NCBI GenBank assembly: GCA_951406725.2
Contig: OX597830.1
Span: forward strand, 10,850,001-10,914,000
Direction: 5' to 3'
Length of the DNA: 64,000 nt
Source: Octopus vulgaris
Taxonomy: Eukaryota
Part shown: one piece after another, positions 39,871-51,696 of the stretch
Numbering within the stretch: the first letter of the stretch is position 1
Layout of the letters: every line of letters starts with the position of its first letter
Notes under the pieces: model-generated
Told to the model about the DNA's origin: nothing
The model's database searches: none
Seen by the model: the letters and a program-made list of their open reading frames with translations, nothing else
Program-made: the position numbers and the translations under genes

Positions 39871-41018
39871 TAACCAAATTTTGATACCAGCCTGGCTGAA
39901 ACCACCTCTGGCTCTGTAGTACAAATGACTTGTAGTAAAGATTGTTTGCCAACATAACATGGCAGTCCTGGCTTAGGACGAATGTTGCTGTAATTTAGCC
40001 CCAGGAGACATCGCCTCCAGCTGGCTATACAACACTATCTGTGTCCTTATATTTTTGAACAAGGGAATCTGTCACCCCCACTCAAAACAATATCTGAGTA
40101 TCATGATTTCCGGGTTATTTCCCTTCATCAGCACAGAATAATTGTTCGGCTAAAGGTGGCACTACTAAATTCCTGTTTGAAATATATAGTTTTCAAAGCG
40201 ACAACCATTCACTGATCTGTAAACTAGAAAATTACTATTTTTAAATCTCACAATGAGAGATATTCAGCAACAGTACTTTGTAGTAAAGATTGTTTGCCAA
40301 CATAACATGGCTGTCCTGGTTTAGGATGAATGTTGTAATTTAGCCCCAGATGACTTGTTTTCAAAAGTTCTGAATTAAAATCTTCCATCAAACCTTAGTC
40401 ACAATTTATGTTCCTAACACTAGCTTAATGATAACTAAGTTATTTTACTAAATTCTTTGTTATATTTAAAGTAATTGAAAGAAACACAGAACATCTCAAC
40501 AGAAATATGGTAAGAAAAGGGTTAAAATATATAATAGAGAAACAATCCTTAACCCTTTTGATACCAACCCGGCTGAAACTGCCTCTGGCTCTGTAGTACA
40601 AAATGTCTTGTTTACATAAGTTTTGAATTAAAATCTTCCTCCAAACCTTAGTCACAATTTATGTTCCTAACACTAGCTGAATGATAACTAAGTTATTTTA
40701 CTAAATTCTTTGTTATATTTAAAGTAATTGAAAGAAACACAGAACATCTCAACAGAAATATGGTAAGAAAAGGGTTAAAATATATAATAGAGAAACAATC
40801 CTTAACCCTTTTGATACCAACCCGGCTGAAACTGCCTCTGGCTCTGTAGTACAAAATGTCTTGTTTACATAAGTTTTGAATTAAAATCTTCCTCCAAACC
40901 TTAGTCACAATTTATGTTCCTAACACTAGCTGAATGATAACTAAGTTATTTTACTAAATTTTTTGTTATATTTAAAACACAGAGCATCTCAACAGAAATA
41001 TGGTAACAAAAGGGTTAA
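39871..41018. mobile_element. Three tandem piggyBac-type MITEs (253-bp period); the first carries a nested insertion
   Basis: Units run ttaacccttttgatacc...ggtaa(g/c)aaaagggttaa; identical ORF-track peptides at 40440 and 40693 give the 253-bp offset. Confidence 0.8.
39934..40349 (-). mobile_element. Retrozyme-like insertion: ~348-nt unit plus ~70-nt terminal redundancy, minimal HHR, 9-bp TSD
   Basis: TSD atgacttgt (39925-39933, 40350-40358); direct repeats 39934-40004 and 40282-40349; HHR on the minus strand at 40093-40137. Confidence 0.7.
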
Positions 41019-42304
41019 TGTGCACTTTTCAGTGCTTGCATGGATCAAATGGAATTTGTTGAAGCAAATTTTCTACAGATTGACTGCCCTTCCTGTCACC
41101 AACACTTATGTTTCAAATTAATTCACTAAAGCTTCACTCAAATACAATTACTGAAGCTCCACTCTAATTTATCCAAGTTTCACTCAAATTTATTTACAAA
41201 TTCATTTAGTATAGCATGAGTAGAGTGCCAGATCTATGGCCTTATACTCCTGGTTATTCTGTCAGATGCTTCTGCAAGGAGAGGTCACAGCTGTGGTTAG
41301 ACTGTCCCAGGAATGGAACACAAGGCAGCTTCTTCAAGCTGAACCAATCACCAAGGAGCAGATTGCAAATAAGATGGTCAAATAAAACACAGTTTCAGCT
41401 GGACACATCTAGAAATCCAACAGCAGATTGAAATGGAATATGTTTCTGATGGAACTTACAGAGGAGATCCCAGAAATGATGGGTGGCAAAAATGAACAGA
41501 TGGACCACCAGAGAGTACCAACCAATGAGTAGTACCCCACAGGGTACTGAACCAACATCTATTCATTACAATAGCAAAAACAACATCTCTAAATACAAAA
41601 TGGAAGAGGTGGTTGCGTAGCCAATGTGGTGATTGATAGAAATTATGATAACGATGTGAACCAATTATATTCCAATTATGAAGCAACAGGAATGAGCTGT
41701 AGAAAGAAAGAAAAACAAAAACAGATACAAAATAAGCCATAACGATAATGATGCTATTGATGATGACGATGATCATCATCATCATAACAATGATGAGGCT
41801 GTTCATGACGATGATGATGGCAATGATGATGCTGGTAGTGATGAGGATAATGATGATAGCGATGATGATGAGGATTGAGATTATAATGATGATGAGCTAT
41901 TTTGATGAAATGCAGAAAGTGCACTTAAAGTTTGCATGCAAATTTTGGTTCTTTTTTTTTCTTTTCTTTCTATTTTTTTTTTTGGTTAATGTTGTTTGTT
42001 TTGTTTTTTTCCAACCAAGATAAGCCAAGTAAGTACAGATTAATTTTTAACTCCTTCCCACCACACATCACCAGCCCTTCTAAAATAAACAAATGTTTGA
42101 TTACACTCATATACACATATAGGTATGTATATATATATATGTATATATATACATATATATATATATAAACATATATATACACACACATATATATGTATAA
42201 GTGTATATATATATACACATACACAAAGGTGTATATATATATATGTGTGTGTGTGTATGCGTATATATTATATATGGATATATATCTATATGTATATATG
42301 TATA

Positions 42305-42335
<31 letters not shown>

Positions 42336-42345
42336 GTATATATAC

Positions 42346-42395
<50 letters not shown>

Positions 42396-42861
42396 ATATG
42401 TATATACACATAGATGTATGTAAACATATATATGTATGTATATGCAGTATGTATATATAAGCTAATATTTGAATGAAATTAAATGAAATTAATATAGAGG
42501 GGGGACAAAATTAAAACAACATGGTTATTTTTAACCATCAAAAGAGTTTTCAGAATGAAGTGAAACATAAACTATGGAACCAAATTTTTTTGTTTTTTCA
42601 TATTGAAAAAAAAAAAAGCATTGATTTCTTTTTTTTTTATTAATTTTCATTGTTTTGTTTTTATTTTTAACACCACTGGCAAAACACAGTGCTTAAATGA
42701 AAATAATTACATATTTTCCCCCTGCTGCCCAAGCTAAACACATTTCCGAGAAAGGAAAAAAAAAACAGCCACCTCCTCCGCAAATAAGTAAGTAAATAAA
42801 TAACAGCAATATAATAGCAAATTACTACTCCTACTACTCCTTCTACTACTACTACTACTAC

Positions 42862-42900
<39 letters not shown>

Positions 42901-42930
42901 TGATGATGATGATGATGATAATAATAATAA

Positions 42931-43612
42931 TCCTTTCTACTGGAGGCACGAGGCCTGATATTTGGGAGAAGGGATTAAGTCGATTACATTGAACCCAGTG
43001 TTCAAATGGTACTTATTTTATCGACCCTGAAAGGATGAAAGGCAAAGTCGACCTCAGCGGAATTTGAACTTAGAACATAAAGACAGATGAAATACTGCTA
43101 AGCATTTCACCCAGCATGCTAACGATTCATTCAGCTCACTGCCTTAATAATAATAATAATAATGACAATAATAATAATAATCCTTTCTACTATAGGCACA
43201 AGGCCTGAAATTATGTGAGAGGAGGTATGTCAATCACATCAACCCCAGTGTTTGACTGGTACTTAATTTATCAACCCTGAAAGGATGAAAGGCAAAGTGT
43301 ACTTCAGTGGGGTCTGGATGAAAGGCTGCTAAGCATTTTGTCCAGTGTACCAATAATTCTGTCAGCTTTCCACCTTAATAATAATAATAATAATAATCCT
43401 TTCTACTAAAGGCACAAAAGATGAAATTTTGGGGAAGAGGGCCAGACAATTACATTAATCCCAGTGTTAAACTGGTACTTAGTTTATTGACCCCGAAAGG
43501 AAGAAAAGTAAAGTCGACCTTGACAGAAATTGAACTCAGGACATAAAGATGGATGAAATGCCGTTAAGCATTTCGCCCAGCATGCTAATGATTCTGCCAG
43601 CTTGCCACCTTA
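42931..43612 (-). mobile_element. Three tandem SINE family B copies (tail variant 2) separated by (TAA)n
   Basis: Copies at about 42931-43146, 43181-43376 and 43397-43612, each ending ...gtgcc..tagtagaaagga(tta)n on the minus strand. Confidence 0.8.
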
Positions 43613-44118
43613 ACAATAACAACAATAATGGTTTCAAATTTTTTTACAAGGGCAACGCTAAGCGTTTCACCTGACATCCTAATGATTCTTCCAATTCACC
43701 ACCTTTATACACGGCATAATAATAACAGATATTTTACTAAATTCTTAATTATTTTCTTAAGTTCTTAATTACTTTCCAAATTAATTGAAACCAAAGCAGT
43801 ATATTTCAAAAGTAATCTAGTAACAATAAGAATATTTATAATTATTTCTATTCTAGGCACAAGGCCTTGAAGATTTGGGCGGGGAAGGGGCTCTGCTGGG
43901 GACAGATAGGATTTTGAGATTGGTACTTGGATGGTGAATACGTCCCACGATAATTAACCAAGTATCAAAACTTGTAATGTGCAGAAAGAGACCCTGTGAG
44001 ACCTCTGATGGTAGGCTGCTGTCCGCTCTCACAGAATCTACTAGAACAAACAAGACCAAATGCTCTGAGAAATAAAACAACAACAACAACAATAATAATA
44101 ATAATGATGATAATGATA

Positions 44119-44625
44119 AATGCCCTGATGCAGTACCAGGCAGTGGCTCTCTTGGCTTCTAATCTTAACTGATTGGAAGTATTATCATGTACATTGTTTT
44201 GTTTTGGTATAAAAGATGAGCTACAGCTAATATTCTGCTCAATACCACAGATTTGCTTGTCAGTTGTTTGACCTTAACCAGTTGAGCATGTCCCTTAGTG
44301 GCTGACGATATGTGCATCTCTGATCACGAGCAGAAGTAGTGGGGGAGCATCATAGCCATGTGTTGAGGGGAATTCTTTGGGTTTGGATAATTAACCTTTG
44401 GAAACTGAGTGGGATGGGCTACTCAATCTGAAGAAACTTCTAACTGGGCCCCACCTGCAAGGTCATGTGCTGTTTATATTGATATGAGATCACCATGTTG
44501 CGCACATATGGTTGTGATGCATGGGTCTGGTTTACCCTTATCAGATGAGTAGTCATGATGGGTATACTGGGCTTCGTATATTTTACCCCAGTGTCACTTT
44601 GATGGCACGCACTGCTCTCTCACTC

Positions 44626-44627
<2 letters not shown>
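44119..44627 (+). mobile_element. Unclassified retroposon-like segment embedded in (TAA)n
   Basis: Higher-GC block with sharp edges, (TAA)n on both sides and a tail-like end ctctcactc(aat)n; no ORF recognised. Confidence 0.4.
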
Positions 44628-44660
<33 letters not shown>

Positions 44661-45089
44661 TAATAGTAATAATAAGACAATCCCTGGTTTCACCAATTCT
44701 TCATTTCTCTCTGAGATCTATACTCTAAGTTTTGCTTGTCTCCTAGCTTTGGAGTAAATTCTCTGCCTTTGAACTATAGATTTACCACTCCCTGATGATG
44801 CCACTATGCCAAAAAGCACAAAAATAATAAAATGTAGGCAGGACAATATTTATATTTAAACTTGCAACTCAGTAAATATTTTAGCAATATAGACAGAACT
44901 TTAACATACAAAATGTTTACTAAATTTTTTTATTTTTTAGCTCATTAATTTCACTAATTAACAAAGAAAAAGAAAGTGTTGTTTCTATTGGTAAAATCTC
45001 TTGAAATTAACAGGAAAAGTGATTAAAAGACTATAATATATTGTACATTAGTGATACACATATACATACATATATTCATACACGTACAT

Positions 45090-45128
<39 letters not shown>

Positions 45129-45944
45129 CACACATGCACACACACATATATATATATATCCATACACATATCCACACTCATTCATTCATACACACACAAA
45201 GCAGTTTAAAAGTGGGTGTATAACAGAAGGAATATATATATACATAGATCTTAACAAGACACTTTTATGAACTTCCAGTTTGTTAATCTTTGCTATTTCC
45301 AAGAGATTAGAACAAAATCTAATAAAATACATCTGAAGTACTTTTAGAAGCCATCACAATCACCGTCACGCACGTCACCAGGGCCGTCACTCCCACTGCC
45401 ACCACCATCATCATGAGCTGGATGGAAGAAATTCGGAGTTGTTTTCCACAGCAGGATGCTCTTTCTGCTGCCAGCTGTTATCTGTTTCTCATGTAAGGCA
45501 TTGATATTCCAGATGTCTTGACATGCGATGAGACCACAGAGATAGTAAAACTAATGAGTGAGTTCACATCCCTCATAAAACCATTTCCGCTCACAGAAAC
45601 ATAGGAAAACACACAGAAAATGCACATACATGAAGATTTATATACAATTATAGAGATAATACATTTAAAAAAATTTCTTTTAGCTTGCCTTCCTCGATTT
45701 CTGCACGATGTGTATTCACAGTGATACATATTGTATGTGGTGATTGACGATTTAAAGCCTATTCTCAGCATATTGGCAATGAAATTTTTTTTTCTTTTGC
45801 CCTTATTTATAATCGTTTATAATTTTCACCTTGAAAGGTATTTTTAATGTGTTGGCCACTTTGATGAAATTTGGGGAAAAAAATTTTATCCTATATTAGA
45901 AGTAAAGATTTATATATGTATATATACTTCTAATCACCATGATC

Positions 45945-46352
45945 ATTGTTTAACGTCTGCTTTCCATGCTGGCATGGGTTGGACTGTTTGACTGAGGACT
46001 AGTGAGCCAGATGGCTGCACCAGGCTCCAATCTGATCAGGCAGAGTATCTACAGCTGGATGCCCTTCCTAACGACAACCACTCCGAAAGTGTAGCGGATG
46101 CTTTTATGTGGCACCGAGACAAGGGACAGTCAGGCAGAACTGGCAACAGCCACGCTTAATTGGTGTTTTTGATGTGCCACCTGCACAGGAGCCAGTCCAG
46201 CGGCACTGGCAATGACCTCGCTTGAATGTTGTTTTTCATGTGCCACCGGCACAAGTGCCAATAAGGTGACGCTGGTAATGATTACATTTGAATGGTACTT
46301 TTTACATGCCACTGGCATGGGAGCCAGTCTGCAGCCCTGGTAACGATCACGG
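45945..46352 (-). mobile_element. RTE 3' UTR fragment
   Basis: Reverse complement of 61600-61990; another fragment at about 47010-47260. Confidence 0.75.
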
Positions 46353-46922
46353 ATAAAATTTTTTTCTTAAATCATATCAGTGGACAACATGTTAAAATAC
46401 CTTTTAAGATGAAAATTATAAACAATTATAAAAAAGGGCAAAAGAAAAATATTTTTATGCCAATATATGCTGTATATTTATAGTGAAAAATATTGTCTGC
46501 AGTTAGACAATCTAAGGTCTGTTATTCAGCATATCAGCATAGAAAATGTTTCTTTTGCCCTTATTCATAATTGTTTATATGTATATATATATAAGAGGTA
46601 AGTTAAAATAATGATTGTTACATGTAATTCCTTTATTACAGCAAATTTGGCTTGCAGCTGTTTCCAGTAGTCATTATAGATAGATTTACTCAATTGAGGT
46701 AAATTGAAAGACCAAAGAAAATTAACGATACCTTCGTCAGAGCCATTGCTGGAAACAAGAAACGGAGCACTCGAAGAATGGCTATTGCATGGGGAAAGAT
46801 TACTTGGAGTTCTTCACTAATCCAAGTAATATTGTTAGCCTGGGGTGCCAACAGAGAGCTTATGAAGGATTTTGACCAGATTGATAATCCCTCACTATTT
46901 GTTCTATATATATATATATATA

Positions 46923-46964
<42 letters not shown>

Positions 46965-47265
46965 TGATGATATACATATATATATATATATCATCATCAT
47001 CATTATCATCATTAAACGTCCGCTTTCCATGCTGGCATTGGTTGGACGGCTTGACTGAGGGTTGGATGGTTTGACTGGAGCATAGTGGATGCTTTTACGT
47101 GCCACCAGCATGAGAGCCAGTCAGGCAGTACTGGCATCGGCCATGCCCAAATAGTGCTTTTTATGTGCCACCTACACAGGAGCCAGTCTGATGGTACTGG
47201 CATCGGCCACACTCAAATGGTGCTTCTTATGTGACACCTGCACAGGAGCCAGTCTGTCTTTTCAT

Positions 47266-47665
47266 AGGCGCAGGAGTGGCTGTGTGGCAAGTAGCTGGAT
47301 TACCAACCACATGGTTCTGGGTTCAGTCCCACTGCATGGCACCTCAGACAAGTATCTTCAACTATAGCCGCAAGGCAACCAAAGCCTTGTGAGTGGATTT
47401 GGTAGACAGAAACTGAAAGAAGCCCATCGTATATATGTATATATGTATGTGTGTGAATATATTTGTGTATCTGTGTTTGTCCCCCCAACATCGCTTGACA
47501 ACTGATGCTGGTGTGTTTACGTCTCCGTAACTTAGCAAATCAGCAAAAGAGACCAATAGAATAAGTACTAAGCTTGCAAAGAATAAGTCCTGGGGTCGAT
47601 TTGCTTGACTAAAGGTGGTGCTCCAGTATGGCCGCAGTCAAATGACTGAAAGAAGTAAAAGAGTA
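47266..47665 (+). mobile_element. SINE family A, full length
   Basis: Matches the other family A copies end to end. Confidence 0.85.
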
Positions 47666-48296
47666 ATTAAAAACAGGAATTCTCACTAAGCTGGAACATA
47701 ACCAAGCTGTAACCTTACAATAAGTGTGAGAAGAGTGTGAAAGAATAATATATTTCAGACACAACACAGAGAAAAATGAACATAAAGATTTCTAAGTGAA
47801 AGAAGTGTGAAATAGGCAGAACAGAAATCAAGTGTATACTAAAATACGGTACAAACAGGACAAGAATCAGGAATGCTTCCGTTGTAGAAAAATTGGACAC
47901 ATAAAAGTGCATTGTAAAACCAAGAGGACAAAACGATGGAACAAAGAAAAAAGAACAAACAGTATGGCATCAAAAGAAAATGGTAATATGACAAAGAGAA
48001 AATTTGTAAATGTTAAAATTAAAAATATAAGAATAAAAACACAGTTAGACACTGGAAGTGATATTACCATTGTGAACGGAAAAACTTGGAAGTATATCGG
48101 TAAGCTGAAATTAAGTAAATCTACAAAGGTAGCAGATGGTGTGACAGGTAAAAGATTGTATTTTGTAGGTGAATTTGTGTGCAATGTAACAGTTTGTGAC
48201 CAAATGAAAATAGCAAAAATATATGCTAAAAATTCAATTAATTTATTCAGCACAGAGTGGATGGAATAATTCATAAGTGCTTTGTGTGGGAATATA

Positions 48297-48529
48297 TGTT
48301 TCTTTATTACCCACAAGGGGCTAAACACAGAGGGGACAAACAAGGACAGACAAAGGGATTAAATCGATTACGTCGACTCCAGTGCGTAACTGGTACTTAA
48401 TTCATCGACCCCGAAAGGATGAAAAGCAAAGTCGACCTCGGCGGAATTTGAACTCAGAACGTCAAGACAGACGAAATACAGCTATGCATTTCACCCGGCG
48501 TGCTAACGATTCTGCCAGCTCGCCGCCTA
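48297..48529 (-). mobile_element. SINE family B inserted in Gypsy pol, 15-bp TSD
   Basis: ttgtgtgggaatata duplicated at 48282-48296 and 48530-48544. Confidence 0.9.
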
Positions 48530-48926
48530 TTGTGTGGGAATATAGTTGGTTCAGTTGAAGGTTCAAATGCAGCTGAGGGACTGGAACAAAAAATAAAATA
48601 TTTATTTCCAGATGTTTTCTCGGAGGAACTGAGCTGTTGCATGAAGACAAAGGCAACAATTGTAGTAAAACAAAGTGCAACACCTGTATTTAAGCCAAAA
48701 TGGAATGTATCATTCATGGCAATAGACCAGGTAAGCAAAGAACTTGAAAGCCAAGGAATAATCAAGAAGACGGACCACACAGACTGTGAGAAAGAAAAGT
48801 ACTAGGCTTACAAAGAATAAGTCCTAGGGTCGATTTGCTTGACTAAAGGTGGTGTTCCAGTATGGCTGCAGTTAAGAGTTTGTGCAGATTTTTCAACAGG
48901 TTTGAACGATTGCTTAATCGCATATA

Positions 48927-49157
48927 TATTTCTTTACTGCCCACAAGGGGCTAAACATAGAGGGGACAAACAAGGACAGGCAAAGGGATGAAGTCGATTA
49001 CATCGACCCCAGTGCATAACTGGTGCTTTATTTATCGACCCCGAAAGGATGAAAGGTAAAGTCGACCTCGGCGGAATTTGAACTCAGAACGTAACGGCGG
49101 ACGAAATATGGTTACGCATTTCGCCCGGCGTGCTAACAGTTCTGCCAGCTCACCGCC
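48927..49157 (-). mobile_element. SINE family B inserted in Gypsy RT, 13-bp TSD
   Basis: ttaatcgcatata duplicated at 48914-48926 and 49158-49170. Confidence 0.9.
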
Positions 49158-50149
49158 TTAATCGCATATAACTACCCATTGCTGAGTCCTAAGGAAGTGT
49201 TTGCAAAACTGAATGGAGGGAAAATCTCAAAATTGGAATCTTGAAGGCATATCTACAAATCCAAGTAGAAGAGGAATGCTCACATTTATTAACCATCAAT
49301 ACACACCATGGCTTATTCAAATTTAAGCAGCTTCCCTTTGATGTAAAATTGGCTCCTTTCATATTTCAGCAAATAATGGATACAATACTGGGTGACTGTG
49401 ATTTTGCTATCTCCAATTTAGATGATAAAAAAGTGAATCCCATAAGAACAACATGTAGAACACATTAAAAGAGTATTTGAGAAGATTAAGAGAATATGGT
49501 TTCCAGTCAATGGAATAAAAAAGTGAGTTCTTTATGGAAATGAATTAAATACTTGGGCCCGATAATAGATAAAAATGGATGGCAACTGGATCCATCCAGA
49601 GCAGCTGTAATAAAAAATATGCTCACCCTGAATGTGACCACGCTACAAGCAATCTTGGGTTTAGTAAAATATTATCAAATTTATATTCCCAATATATATA
49701 ATGTAAGGGCCCCACTTAATGTTCTGTTAAAGAAAAATACAAAATGGTGTTGGGCTGATAAGTGCCAGAAGGCATTTGATGAGTTAAAAAGCATTTTAAC
49801 ATCAGACTTATCATTAATGCCCTTTTTGAAATACAGATGCTACACACTTATGTCAGCTGAGTGGACTGGAGCAACATGAAATAAAGTGTCTTGCTCAAGG
49901 ACACAATGTGTTGCTAGGAATTGAACTCATGACCTTACGATCATTAGCTGAATACCCTGACCACTAAGCCATGTGTCTTCTAAATCATTGGCGGTGGGGA
50001 ATGGAGGAAGTAAACACATACTACATATGTATACTCATATAAATATGCAGAGTGCAAGGGACATTTGAGGACATTTAATTATCAGTATATTACTCTCATC
50101 AAATTAATTAACAGGTTTTCATCTCTTTGGGATAAACCCATAATAGATA

Positions 50150-51270
50150 AAATGGTAACACAAGAAATGAAAAGACAAGCATTCACTGCTGCCATGTGTG
50201 AAACAGAGCTGTTTATAGATTGCCAACTTTCAAAATGCTGAAAGGATCTTTTAGATGCAAGGTTAAGATGGAACCGGAAGCCTTTGACGGGAATATTTCA
50301 ATTGATTAATGAGAGAAAGAGAAAAAAAAACATTCTAATGTTTGGACACAATAAGGACACCAGAATTCATCCAACAGATTCAAAACATTATTGATGATGA
50401 TCAGAGAAAATCAATGCAGGTTATCACTGAAGAATTTCAGGGGTCAGCATGACCAATCAGAAATGTGGTGCACAAGGACATTCGGTACAAGTGTGGACTG
50501 AGTAGAGGTTAGTTCATATTCAAAAGGTAGTAAAGACCCTCCCCGCTTCAGTCATGAATGACCATGGGATTGCACCTAGAAAGTTTCCCTCAGATGCACA
50601 AGTCCGGGCAAGGTTGTTTGTGGAAGACAAGCAATGACCCATGCATACCAACATCCCCTCTCCGTGCCACTGATGTTATCCAAGGGTAAGACAAAGGCTG
50701 ATACAGCTTGGCACCAGTTACATCACAACTTTTATATGCAAGGTTAAGATGGAACCGGAAGCCTTTGACAGGAATATTTCAATTGATTAATGAATACAGC
50801 TGAGTGAACTGGAGCAACATGAAATAAAGTGCCTTGCTTAAGAACACAATCCACAGTCTGATCCAGGAACTGAACCCACTGGTTCATGATTGTGATCCTG
50901 GTGCTTTAACCACTGAGCAATGCAAAGCCAATATTTGATCCATACCAAGGTTAAAAACCTTCAAGAACATGGCATGCTTTGGTCCTTCTCTAATGAGAAA
51001 AACTTTAACCAAAACAAAAAGTCTAACATAAGAAATGACAGATGGTTATGTACAGATCTTTCAGATCTCTTCAGAATGACGCTCACTGTTTCTAGCAAAT
51101 GTAATGGATTTAGGGGTTGCGTGTAACAAGGGTCGCGTCATGTCACCTCATATCTTTCCACAAAGTCTTAGAATTAATACTGCTGTAGACAGTTCTTTAA
51201 CCCTTGATGGATGAAGTTTGTAGTAAAAGGTTGTTTATGCTTCTGCCAGACTCAACAAGGCTACAAGGGT
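50150..51270 (+). mobile_element. Tc1/mariner (maT-like) transposase relic
   Basis: RTPEFIQQIQNIIDDD.RKSM...IRNVVHKDIRYK, WSFSNEKNF...RNDRWLC and HIFPQSLRINT; heavily frameshifted. Confidence 0.7.
50530..50923 (-). mobile_element. tRNA-derived SINE (family E-related head) nested in a maT relic
   Basis: Minus head gcattgctcagtggttaaagcacc...gggttcagttcc, then the family E core; interrupts the transposase remnant. Confidence 0.65.
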
Positions 51271-51280
51271 TAATAATTGC

Positions 51281-51363
51281 AAGAAGAAGAGGAGGAAGAA
51301 AAAGAAGAGGAGGAGGAGGAAGAGGAGGAGGAAGAGGAAGAAGAAAAAGAAGAAGTGGAGGAG

Positions 51364-51419
<56 letters not shown>

Positions 51420-51528
51420 AGACGAAGAAGAAGAAGAAGACGAAGAAGAGGAAGGAGAAGACGAAGAAAAAGAAGAGGAGGAGGAAGAAGACGAAGAGGA
51501 AGAAGAAGAAGATGAGGAAGAAGAAGAA

Positions 51529-51562
<34 letters not shown>

Positions 51563-51696
51563 AGGAAGAAGACGAAGAAGAAGAAGAAGAAGAAGAAGAA
51601 GAAGAAGAAGAAGAAGAAGAAGAAGAAGAAGAGGAAGAGGAGAAAGAAGTGAAGGAAGAAGGGGAGGAAGAAGAAGAAGAAGAAGAAGAAGAAGAA
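51281..51696. repeat. (GAA/GAG)n tract
   Basis: Direct inspection; source of the poly-E, poly-S and poly-R ORFs. Confidence 0.95.

Larger units (their letters stand above)
47832..49830 (+). pseudogene. Decayed Ty3/Gypsy gag-pol (zinc knuckle, protease, RT, connection)
   Basis: CFRCRKIGHIKVHC (CCHC), LDTGSDIT protease, AYLQI...INTHHGLFKFKQLPF...FQQIMD...NLDD RT, and LGLVKYY...APLNVLLKKNTKWCW...QKAFDELK. Stops, frameshifts and three SINE interruptions; no LTRs seen. Confidence 0.9.

Noticed and set aside
44787-44820. CUGAUGA hammerhead-like start
   Set aside because: No GAAA and no paired stems II/III.
45347-45495. Plus-strand exon-like His-rich open segment
   Set aside because: Derived from decayed CAC/CAT repeats; no recognisable protein.
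47700-50000. Intact or domesticated Gypsy gene
   Set aside because: Multiple stops and frameshifts, YxDD mutated to NLDD, SINE insertions, and no integrase or LTRs.
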